Part shown: positions 47,816 to 56,183 of the stretch, in pieces | How the letters are laid out: each line of letters opens with the position of its first letter | Position numbering within the stretch: the first letter of the stretch is position 1 | Origin: Candidatus Sysuiplasma acidicola | GTDB taxonomy: Archaea > Thermoplasmatota > Thermoplasmata > Sysuiplasmatales > Sysuiplasmataceae | Assembly (NCBI GenBank): GCA_019721035.1 | Contig: JAHEAA010000003.1 | Location: 54,994-118,993 of the forward strand | Direction: 5' to 3' | DNA length: 64,000 nt | Notes under the pieces: model-generated | What the model was told of the DNA's origin: nothing | The model's database searches: none | The model's input: the letters and a program-made list of their open reading frames with translations, nothing else | Position numbers and translations under genes: made by a program

Positions 47816-49665
47816 CTGAGCGGTTCACTCTCCGCGTCTTCAGCATAAGCAAGTATGTACTGCCCCTTTGCCCGCGTCTTCGCTATGCGGGTTGTTTCGA
47901 ATCCAGGTATCGACGGAACTCTTTTTTTCATGACGAGGGCGTCACCGTGATATTCTATAAGCACGCAACCCGCCAATTCCACATCGCTTTTTGCACCGTT
48001 GAAGTGCAAAGGCGCCTTCCACACGTCCGGATGCATGTCGCTGCGGAAGCGGAACGATAGCGTCTTCAGCAACTTCGCTCTGACGAGCACTGAGAGTCCT
48101 TTAGGTTCCCCTTCTGAAGTAAAACTCCACGATACAGTCTGTCTCTTTGTCGCATAGAGATCTCCGCCGTACTTCACAGTCCTGAAATTGAACGTTCTGA
48201 ACCTCATCTGCGCCGCATTATGAAAATCTACCGATCCGGAAAAGAGTCTCTTTCCCTCTGTGCTCAATCCCGTGATCTCAAGAACTGCTTCCAGTTCCGC
48301 CGTCCTTTTTATCCGCAGGTTATAGCCGTCATGAAACGTCCTCCTGCCCCTTTCAGTCAACAATCGGTTGAATGTCAGCGGCTCTGCCGAATAGACAAGT
48401 ACCTTGTGCGGAACGGCAACTGAATACGAAGGATTCCTTACCTTGATGTAATCTCCCTCTCGTGAAAAGAGGCATTGAAATCCCGGCCTTGTAACCCATA
48501 CGGGAGAGGACCATGCCCTGTGTCCGTCCTTCTGCAGCACCCTTAGGTAATACCACGTGACACCCCTTCCTGGAACGTCGTTTATTGTTGCACGGAAGGT
48601 CTTTGAGCCGGGTTCCCACTTTCCGGCGAAACCGTTGTTTCTGACGACTTCGACGCTCTTTATGCTGGCAGTCCCTCTAACGCTCACCATCAGTTCGACC
48701 TTCTCATCGCTCCCGATGGTGAACTCGGAACCCATAGGCATTCCATTGACCGTGAAAGCAATCTCTATCCTGGCACCGGTCGTCGCGTAACATCTTCTTT
48801 CGGTGACGGCTCTGAAAACACTATCTCTTGTGAGCCGTTCTGCAAGCACTGCAGTGAGTCCCCTGGTGTTTGCGGTCTTGTCCGAAATGAACTCTGCTAT
48901 GTCTCTCCCCACCCTGCTTCTTCCTAGAATGAGTCCCTCGATGACATTCCTTTTCCTTCTTGGTCCGAAATAGGTGTCGCCAGGATGCCCGTCATGACTG
49001 TCGCCTCCGCCGATGAATCCTAGCCTGTAGCCACGGTTCAGGGCATCTCTGACGTATCTGTCCGGCAGAACGTCCGAGATGCCGTGATCTATATCGGTCT
49101 CCGGCGATTCGAAATTTCCCCACAGCGAAGTAATCTCCGTAACCGGTTGAAACGCAGGGTTGTGATAATTCCAGTCGTACGGCATCTGACTCACACCCAC
49201 GTGGTGCGGCACAGTTATGACGCGTCCCTCCATGCCTTCAAGTAGATGCCAGAGCTTCGAAGGCGGCATCCAGTCCTGCGGTTCCGAGGATGCCCAGAGG
49301 GCAGTCTTGTCCATGGGTCCGATATTTCTTCCCGACTGTCTGCATTTGATCAGCGGGCCCGAATCATCTATGAAGTAGAGATTCTGGTGACCGTATTTCG
49401 CCGAAGTCCATTCAAACCCGGGCACTGTGACAAAAGCATTCGGCTCATTGGCCTCGTTGGACGCTGTGACTATCCCGTTCCAATCCTCCTGCGTTAAGTT
49501 GAGGTCGTGGTCAGTGAGTGTGGCAAAGTCGAGTCCTGCGCTGTATCTCGCGTTCCTGTAGTAGACTTCAGGTTTGCATGAGGGAAAGTCCGTGTCCTTC
49601 CAGTAGCACTCGGAGAAACCGGAATGCCCGTGCGGATCTCCCCAGTAGATGTTGTATGCCGCCAT
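47800..49665 (-). CDS. putative metal-dependent hydrolase (PHP/DUF3604-like)
   Basis: N-terminal YWGDPHGHSGFS, later VPHHVG and GGGDSHDG His/Asp clusters suggest a PHP-like metal site. Family assignment is tentative. Overlaps the downstream gene by 16 nt (same strand). Confidence 0.4.
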   Translation of the reverse strand: MAAYNIYWGDPHGHSGFSECYWKDTDFPSCKPEVYYRNARYSAGLDFATLTDHDLNLTQEDWNGIVTASNEANEPNAFVTVPGFEWTSAKYGHQNLYFIDDSGPLIKCRQSGRNIGPMDKTALWASSEPQDWMPPSKLWHLLEGMEGRVITVPHHVGVSQMPYDWNYHNPAFQPVTEITSLWGNFESPETDIDHGISDVLPDRYVRDALNRGYRLGFIGGGDSHDGHPGDTYFGPRRKRNVIEGLILGRSRVGRDIAEFISDKTANTRGLTAVLAERLTRDSVFRAVTERRCYATTGARIEIAFTVNGMPMGSEFTIGSDEKVELMVSVRGTASIKSVEVVRNNGFAGKWEPGSKTFRATINDVPGRGVTWYYLRVLQKDGHRAWSSPVWVTRPGFQCLFSREGDYIKVRNPSYSVAVPHKVLVYSAEPLTFNRLLTERGRRTFHDGYNLRIKRTAELEAVLEITGLSTEGKRLFSGSVDFHNAAQMRFRTFNFRTVKYGGDLYATKRQTVSWSFTSEGEPKGLSVLVRAKLLKTLSFRFRSDMHPDVWKAPLHFNGAKSDVELAGCVLIEYHGDALVMKKRVPSIPGFETTRIAKTRAKGQYILAYAEDAESEPLRWPGE

Positions 49666-49779
49666 GTTATCTGATTACGGTCACAACACACATCTACATT
49701 ATTTGATCGCAGACTGAGGCTTGTCTTTCAGTTGCCGATCATCGGTCAATCACTGTCTCCTGTCCGCACGCATGTGCAT

Positions 49780-51390
49780 TCAGATTTTCACGGGCTGGCG
49801 TCCACGTGCGCGTACCGCGCCAGCGAGAACGCCCACAGATGCGAGAAGTGCATCGTGCCTGTAACTGTACGCCGCAATGTAAGGTATTTCGCGAATAAAT
49901 GCCGCCTCGTACGGCGTGCCTGTGCCCACGACCGCCACTCTTCCTCTCATACCTGATGCCAGCTTCCTGGCAAACAGCATTTGCGGCGGTGTGTCGTTCA
50001 GCACATGACCGGACAGTGCATCGTTCGCAAATACAATCACCGCATCTCCTTCTCTTGCTGCCGCCGCAATACGGTCTACCTCTCCAGCAATGCTATACTT
50101 CCCGATACCTCTCGGCAGTTGCAGACTCATGCCAGGACGAAGACCCCATTCGTTCAGTGCAGGAGTGACCGGGCTCTGATTCCTGCGTGCCTGTTTTTCC
50201 TCCAGGAATCTGTTTCTGCTGAAGAAAACAGTATGCACCTTTCCTGCTCCGGGAGCAGGAAGGCGGAAATCCTGCAGACTGTTGATTTCCGTCACTGTTG
50301 AAAATGTTGCTTCCACCGTCACATGTTTTCGTACCGCTATCGACCAAGGTGCCGCCTTACCGCCAATGCCTGCGAGTGTTCTCCTCAATTCGGTAAATCT
50401 AGCGAGACTTCTGGCAATTCTGCTGCGTTTCACGCCGCCTGACAAGAGAGATGCCCTCAGGCCGTTATACAGTTCGATGTATCTTTCCGGCACGGCGCAT
50501 TCGAGCACGTCCACGCCCGCTTCAACGGCCATCACTGCAGCCTTCTCCATGTTGAAATTGTCTGCGACTGCCGCCATTGACAGCGAATCTGTCAGTATCA
50601 GTCCGTCATAATTCATCCTGTCGCGCAACAGGTCTGTGACAACTTTCCTCGAGAGGGAGGCCGGAACGGGAAGGCCGTTATTCTCAATGCGCGGAAAATG
50701 TATGTGTGAAATCATAATGGAGTCGGCATTGTTCTTTATTGCGGCACGATATGGCAGAAGATCTATTTTTTTCAGTTCCTGTATGCCTTTGTCTATTTCA
50801 GGCAGCGTGAGGTGCGAGTCGGACTTGCTGGCACCATGGCCCGGAAAATGTTTGACGCATGAGAGAACGCCCGCATCCCTGAGTCCTTCCATCGCATAGA
50901 CTGTGTGCCTTGAGACGTGCTCAGGATCATCTCCAAACGATCTGACGCCGATGATGGGATTCGTAGGTTCTGTGTTGACATCGGCAGTCGGTGCAAGATT
51001 CCATTGTATGCCGCACGAACGGAGCTCTTCCCCCATGGCCCTGTATGAGGCGTATGTGGATTCCCTGCTGTCGCATGCACCCAGCGCCATATTGCCGGGG
51101 CTGTTGGCAATGTCGTCAATCCTGCTGATCCATCCACCTTCCTGTGTTATGCCGATCAGGGGCGCATGGTCCTGCGGAATCCCGACGTTGCTGCAAATAA
51201 CTTTCACTCTCTTCACAAACGCTTTAATGTCGCGGGAACTGGAAACGTTCGCCCCTTGAATCACGATACTTCCGGGTCTAATCTCTTCAATCAGTTTCTC
51301 CCACCTGGCTGTGTTGTCCTGCGGCAACGATATCTGGAAAAGCTGGCCCATGTTCTCTTCTAAATCGAAACGTTTCATGTTTCTTCTCAA
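49780..51390 (-). CDS. nagZ: GH3 beta-N-acetylglucosaminidase, NagZ type
   Basis: KHFPGHGASKSDSHL carries the NagZ-specific KHFPGHGx4D(S/T)H Asp-His dyad motif. Nucleophile region LILTDSLSM resembles NagZ (I)SDDLSM. Two-domain GH3, 536 aa. Confidence 0.7.
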   Translation of the reverse strand: MRRNMKRFDLEENMGQLFQISLPQDNTARWEKLIEEIRPGSIVIQGANVSSSRDIKAFVKRVKVICSNVGIPQDHAPLIGITQEGGWISRIDDIANSPGNMALGACDSRESTYASYRAMGEELRSCGIQWNLAPTADVNTEPTNPIIGVRSFGDDPEHVSRHTVYAMEGLRDAGVLSCVKHFPGHGASKSDSHLTLPEIDKGIQELKKIDLLPYRAAIKNNADSIMISHIHFPRIENNGLPVPASLSRKVVTDLLRDRMNYDGLILTDSLSMAAVADNFNMEKAAVMAVEAGVDVLECAVPERYIELYNGLRASLLSGGVKRSRIARSLARFTELRRTLAGIGGKAAPWSIAVRKHVTVEATFSTVTEINSLQDFRLPAPGAGKVHTVFFSRNRFLEEKQARRNQSPVTPALNEWGLRPGMSLQLPRGIGKYSIAGEVDRIAAAAREGDAVIVFANDALSGHVLNDTPPQMLFARKLASGMRGRVAVVGTGTPYEAAFIREIPYIAAYSYRHDALLASVGVLAGAVRARGRQPVKI

Positions 51391-51485
51391 CAGCCGTGCA
51401 AGTATGTCAAAGAAAGCATAATGCTTGCGATTACTGCCGCGGGAAAGTCTTATTAGATATAGTCAATTCAGGCCAGTTGAACGAA

Positions 51486-53411
51486 ATGAGCAATGAGAAA
51501 AAACTGTTTCTGGCCGGAATAGACGGTATGTCGCCCAAAATAATGGAACGCTTTCTTTCCGAAGGAAGGATGCCCAACATTGCCAGGCTGATTTCAAACG
51601 GAGTGTATTCAAAGGCTGTTTCCAGCCTTCCGGTCTTCACGCCCACAAACTGGGCAACCATTTCCACCGGTGCCACCTCCGGAACACACGGTGTTTTTCT
51701 GTGGGGCTCGCATTCCGCCGGTGAGAGTCTGGAGGAGGACCATTTCGACGAGTGCATGACGTCAACTGTATGCAAGGCGGAATATCTCTGGGAAACTGCC
51801 CGGAGGCATGGCAGGAAATCCGTCCTGCTCAACTATATCGGATATCCTTCAGATCAGGATGGAATTTATCACGTCGACTGGTTTTACGGACCGAACAGAG
51901 ATTATTTCGGGCTCGCTACATCCTGTGTATACAACATACCGGTGAAAGTCAAGGGTAAGGATTCAAAATGGGAAAAGTGGACCGAGCCGTGGAACCAGGA
52001 CGGCTCTGTGTCCATAGATATTCCGTTCAGGAACAATCACGGAAAATACACCTTCCGCCTGAAAAAGCCCGCAGGAGTATCGGTTGAGTCCTGCGTACGC
52101 GCAACACTGGAGTACGAGGGTGGAAAGGTTGAGTTCAATGAAGGCGAATGGACGGACTGGCTGCGCATAAAGTGCGGTGACGGCAATGCAACAGTGAGAT
52201 GGAAGATTCTCCGCCGAGGTGCTTCGAATGATGGCATTTCCATGCGTATTTACAGAAGCAGCATGTACCTGGATACCGATTTCTGCTCGCCGGCGGAAGT
52301 GGGGCTGGAACTGTCCTCAAGTATAGGTCCATATATCAACGATGATATTGGCAAACTGTATGTTGCCGGCCTCGTAGATCGTGAAACATTCCTTGATGAG
52401 GCAAGGTACAAGATCCGCTGGATAGCGAGATGCTTCGAATTCATGGGCGACCGCTACGAGGCGTCTCTCTTTTTCCTTCACTGGCATTACGTTGATACGC
52501 TGCAGCATTCGTATCTCGGCTTTGCCGACAGTACGGGTGGAGACTATGAGGGGGGAGAGAGCGAGATGCACGCGATCGAAATGCTTCGTGAAGGTTACGC
52601 ACTGGCGGACGAGCTCGTAGGCAAGCTCATGGATATTGCCGACGAAGAGGATGCATTCCTCGTCGTGTCTGATCACGGAAACATACCAAACCACCACCGT
52701 GTCTCACTTTACAATCTCTTCATGGAAAAAGGATGGACAAAGATTGATGTGGTGGACGGTGTCCCCAGGGTCGATATACCATCTTCAAGAGTTTTCGTAA
52801 ATCTGTCTCATGTTTATCTGAACGTTAGGGGAAGGGATCCGGAAGGGGTTGTGGAACCAGCGGAATACAACAGCTTCAGGGAGGAGGTCAGATCGGCTAT
52901 TCTGTCAATCAGGGATCCGGACAACGGTCTTTCCCCTTTCGCCTCTGTGCTGCGTAGAGAGGAAGCCGACGTCGCAGGCCTGTGGGGCAAAGGAATCGGA
53001 GACATAGTGCTTGTGTTCGACAGAGGTTACGTCTGGAGCGGAAGTGAAGTCGCCTCGCTGGGAGAGAAGAGAATCGTTTGGAAAACAGGCGGCGCGAATC
53101 ATGGTCCTCAGCCCCCGACTGCTGAGACAGAGTTTTCGTCGAATTTCGCAACATTTGTGGCTTCGGCGCCGGGATTGAAGAAAGGGTACGGCAGGAAGCA
53201 CGCCATCTCTCTGACTGATGTCGTTCCTATTGCATGCAAGCTGCTCGACATGGAAACGACCGCACAGTGTGAGGGTGCTGTCCCCAAGGACATGTTTGAA
53301 GGCGGGGCAGCCAGGCTCAGTCATACCACGGCTAAAGCAAAGTATCCCGTGCGGACCAGGGTCATAGTGGCGCCGAAGGGCTTCAAGGGCGACGTGACGG
53401 ACGAAGACTGA
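51486..53411 (+). CDS. alkaline-phosphatase-superfamily phosphodiesterase / nucleotide pyrophosphatase-like protein
   Basis: LFLAGIDGMSP...LPVFTPTNWATISTGATSGTHG resembles type-I phosphodiesterase/NPP family blocks (GIDG; Thr nucleophile in the PT.T.PN..TG-like motif). Start set at ATG 51486 (MSNEKK), trimming a Cys-rich 30-aa ORF-track extension. Confidence 0.55.
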   Translation: MSNEKKLFLAGIDGMSPKIMERFLSEGRMPNIARLISNGVYSKAVSSLPVFTPTNWATISTGATSGTHGVFLWGSHSAGESLEEDHFDECMTSTVCKAEYLWETARRHGRKSVLLNYIGYPSDQDGIYHVDWFYGPNRDYFGLATSCVYNIPVKVKGKDSKWEKWTEPWNQDGSVSIDIPFRNNHGKYTFRLKKPAGVSVESCVRATLEYEGGKVEFNEGEWTDWLRIKCGDGNATVRWKILRRGASNDGISMRIYRSSMYLDTDFCSPAEVGLELSSSIGPYINDDIGKLYVAGLVDRETFLDEARYKIRWIARCFEFMGDRYEASLFFLHWHYVDTLQHSYLGFADSTGGDYEGGESEMHAIEMLREGYALADELVGKLMDIADEEDAFLVVSDHGNIPNHHRVSLYNLFMEKGWTKIDVVDGVPRVDIPSSRVFVNLSHVYLNVRGRDPEGVVEPAEYNSFREEVRSAILSIRDPDNGLSPFASVLRREEADVAGLWGKGIGDIVLVFDRGYVWSGSEVASLGEKRIVWKTGGANHGPQPPTAETEFSSNFATFVASAPGLKKGYGRKHAISLTDVVPIACKLLDMETTAQCEGAVPKDMFEGGAARLSHTTAKAKYPVRTRVIVAPKGFKGDVTDED

Positions 53412-53426
53412 CTGGTGTATCTGCCC

Positions 53427-54575
53427 TCATTCATCCTGCTTTGCCGCGGCCATGATAGTCTGTGTCGAATATCCGGTAGATGTTGAAGCGTAGCTCTGCA
53501 GCGGTCCCCAGATGGTGTTGTCCACTGCGCCGAGTCTCCACATCGCTACTTGATGTATTCCGAGGCTTGAGAGGTAATCCAGCCTCAGCTGCATTGCATG
53601 GCTATTGACGTAATAATACTCGTACGCGGTTCCGACTTCACCAGGATACACAATCCTGTAGTACGGTTCGCCATAGAATGCGCCGAAGTGCTTGGTCACA
53701 TTCGCATGCTGCAGCAGCGCGTCGTGGACTATCGACTTCACTTGTCCGAACATGTGCGCCTTTATCGTCTTGACTATGCTGAACGGGAACTGAGCAGTCG
53801 TGCTGGTGTTGACAATGAAGCCAAACCCGTAATCCGGCAGCGCAACAGAGAGCTTGTTCAGCGGTATGTGTGTTATCGAATAGTTCACGACCTGCTCGAA
53901 ATCGCCTATCGAGAAATAATCCATCACTATGAGTTTCGATACGCCTGTTCCGGCAATCGCACTCCAGTTGTATGCACCGCCGTACGAGGTTGGCGAAAAA
54001 TGCTGGAGGACCGCGCTTCCCGGCAGATCAACCGACAGTGAAAGGCCGGACTTTTCCAGCGCGGAAGAGAAGTTGGCAATAAAACCCGTCAATGCAATCG
54101 AGTCCTTGTAGTATGGAACTTCAAAGTCCATGTTGTATCCAGCGTAGCTCCTGCTCACTGCCGTCTGCAGAGCATCGCTTATGAATTTCGACTGCACCGT
54201 GGTGTTTGTGAAGAGTTTATGCATCGCAGCCTTGTTGGACGAAACGATCATCGGATAGACGGGTAGACCGAATTTCTCGGCGAGCTTTTTTGGCGACACG
54301 AGGCCGGCTCTGGAAAATGAATAGTTTGTAGGACCGAGATAGTATTGCTCATATGAGAGTGATGTGAACTGTTCGTGGTGCCTCACAATCATGTTCGTTG
54401 AATTGTTGTAAGCTCCGCAGAACTGACAAACCCACGGCATGAAGTTAAACGATGCGCGGGTTCCTGCGTTTCCGTTCGCAGTCTGCTGTTGCCCGGAAGC
54501 CGAAACAAGCGCCGGAGACAACAGCAGCACGGAGACTGCGACAATAATTGCTATGCTGTGTTTCCTGTTATGCAT
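53427..54575 (-). CDS. secreted GH18-like glycosyl hydrolase (signal peptide, heavily sequon-decorated)
   Basis: N-terminal signal peptide (IAIIVAVSVLLLSPALVSA). AGYNMDFE aligns to the GH18 DGxDxDWE catalytic motif with the DxE retained. At least 8 NxS/T sequons. Confidence 0.4.
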   Translation of the reverse strand: MHNRKHSIAIIVAVSVLLLSPALVSASGQQQTANGNAGTRASFNFMPWVCQFCGAYNNSTNMIVRHHEQFTSLSYEQYYLGPTNYSFSRAGLVSPKKLAEKFGLPVYPMIVSSNKAAMHKLFTNTTVQSKFISDALQTAVSRSYAGYNMDFEVPYYKDSIALTGFIANFSSALEKSGLSLSVDLPGSAVLQHFSPTSYGGAYNWSAIAGTGVSKLIVMDYFSIGDFEQVVNYSITHIPLNKLSVALPDYGFGFIVNTSTTAQFPFSIVKTIKAHMFGQVKSIVHDALLQHANVTKHFGAFYGEPYYRIVYPGEVGTAYEYYYVNSHAMQLRLDYLSSLGIHQVAMWRLGAVDNTIWGPLQSYASTSTGYSTQTIMAAAKQDE

Positions 54576-54638
54576 GTGTCAATCACTTTTTGGCACGATA
54601 CTCATTCTCATATTTGAGAATGGAGGTCAGGCGATGTG

Positions 54639-56102
54639 TCAGTTCAGCAGTCTGCCCAGGAAATCGAAATGTGGCGGTGTCTCCATCCTGTCATGCGCCT
54701 GCAGCGAGTCGATCATGCGCCGCATTGTCAGTTCAAGGTCGTCTCCAACATTTCTTGTGTTCTCGTCCGCGTTCGGCAGCAGGTTGTTCTTCTCGGCAGC
54801 ATCCTCTGTGAGGTTGTAGAGTTCCGGACGTCTGTGGTCGACGATGCTCCTGCGATCCGCCGATGACATTCTTTCTGTTATGTCGCACGCAAGGTACCTC
54901 GTAGCCTCCTCCTCAAGATATGTGATATACTTCCAGTTGCCGTCCGTTACCGACCATGACTTTCTGAAATAGCCACTCAGTACGTAATCTCTCAGCTTAT
55001 CCTTCTCTCCGCTCAGTAGCGGGAGCATGCTCTCGCCATGTGTAGGGGGCAGAGCCTCTCCTCCGTGTTTCATCTTTTCATGTATGTTGAAGAAATCCAG
55101 CACAGTCGGCATGATATCACACGTCTGGACCATTCCCCTGACGCTTCTGCCGTCCATCGCTCCCTCCGGATGGTGAATGAGCATCGGTATCCGGATTAGT
55201 TCCTCATACGGCCACGGCCTCGCCTTCATAACCATTCCGTGCTCTCCGAGCGGTTCACCATGGTCAGATAGCCATATGACCATCGTATCAGACATCAGTC
55301 CTTTCTTTTCGACAGCATCGAACACTTTTCCTATCCATTTGTCTACCAGAGTAATTTCGCCCGCATAGAGGGAGGAGACGCGTTTCAGTTCCTCTTCGGT
55401 GAGATAGCCGTCGACCGGTCCGTATACAGGAGATATCACGTCCGCCACGCCCTTCGTCTTCCCGTACATACTCCAGTATGGCTCAGGGGGATCCCACGGT
55501 TCATGCGGATCGAAGCTGTCAACCCAGAGGAAAAAATCGCCATTGTCCGATTTTTCATCAATCCATTCCACGGTCTTGCCGGCTACCTGTGCGACGAAAT
55601 GGTTGCTCTCGTCCTGCCAGTCGTAGCGTGATATGTTTCTGAAATACTGTTCAAGCCTTCTGCCGTGCGTAGGGTCGGATTTATGCTCCTTGTCGAATCT
55701 GCTTAAGTCAGGTATCTTCACATCACCCGTCTCAAACAAATCCGACTCCTGGCCCCTTACCCACTGCACTTCATCAAAGCCTCTGTCGAATCCCATGCCG
55801 GGTTTGTGCATGTGGTATGTGTCGGCTATCAGTGCAGTTCTGATACCCTTGCCCCACAGCGTTTCGGCCAGAAGCACATCCTGCCTTTCGAGTCCCTGCC
55901 ATCCCCTGAAAGGCAGCGTGTAACGACCGGTGAACAGTGCAGTCCTCACGGGGATGGTCGCAAGTCCTTCCGGATACGCATGTGTAACTTTCATTGATGT
56001 ACGGCTGAATCTGTCGAAATTATCAGTCTTTATCCATCTGTTTCCATAGCAGGATACGAAATCTGCCCTGAGGCTGTCAGTGACTATTACAATGGTATTC
56101 AT
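54639..56102 (-). CDS. sulfatase-family (alkaline phosphatase superfamily) hydrolase with Thr at the nucleophile position
   Basis: N-terminal IVIVTDSLRAD and LATIPVRTALFTG align to the sulfatase C/S-x-P-x-R signature, but with Thr (T-I-P-V-R) in place of the formylglycine-forming Cys/Ser. No signal peptide. Confidence 0.65.
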   Translation of the reverse strand: MNTIVIVTDSLRADFVSCYGNRWIKTDNFDRFSRTSMKVTHAYPEGLATIPVRTALFTGRYTLPFRGWQGLERQDVLLAETLWGKGIRTALIADTYHMHKPGMGFDRGFDEVQWVRGQESDLFETGDVKIPDLSRFDKEHKSDPTHGRRLEQYFRNISRYDWQDESNHFVAQVAGKTVEWIDEKSDNGDFFLWVDSFDPHEPWDPPEPYWSMYGKTKGVADVISPVYGPVDGYLTEEELKRVSSLYAGEITLVDKWIGKVFDAVEKKGLMSDTMVIWLSDHGEPLGEHGMVMKARPWPYEELIRIPMLIHHPEGAMDGRSVRGMVQTCDIMPTVLDFFNIHEKMKHGGEALPPTHGESMLPLLSGEKDKLRDYVLSGYFRKSWSVTDGNWKYITYLEEEATRYLACDITERMSSADRRSIVDHRRPELYNLTEDAAEKNNLLPNADENTRNVGDDLELTMRRMIDSLQAHDRMETPPHFDFLGRLLN

Positions 56103-56183
56103 TTGCCGGCACCTGTGCAGTATTGCGCAAGCATGGCACGGTAATAATTGTAACGATTAAAACCGCTGGCTGATACGCAGACA

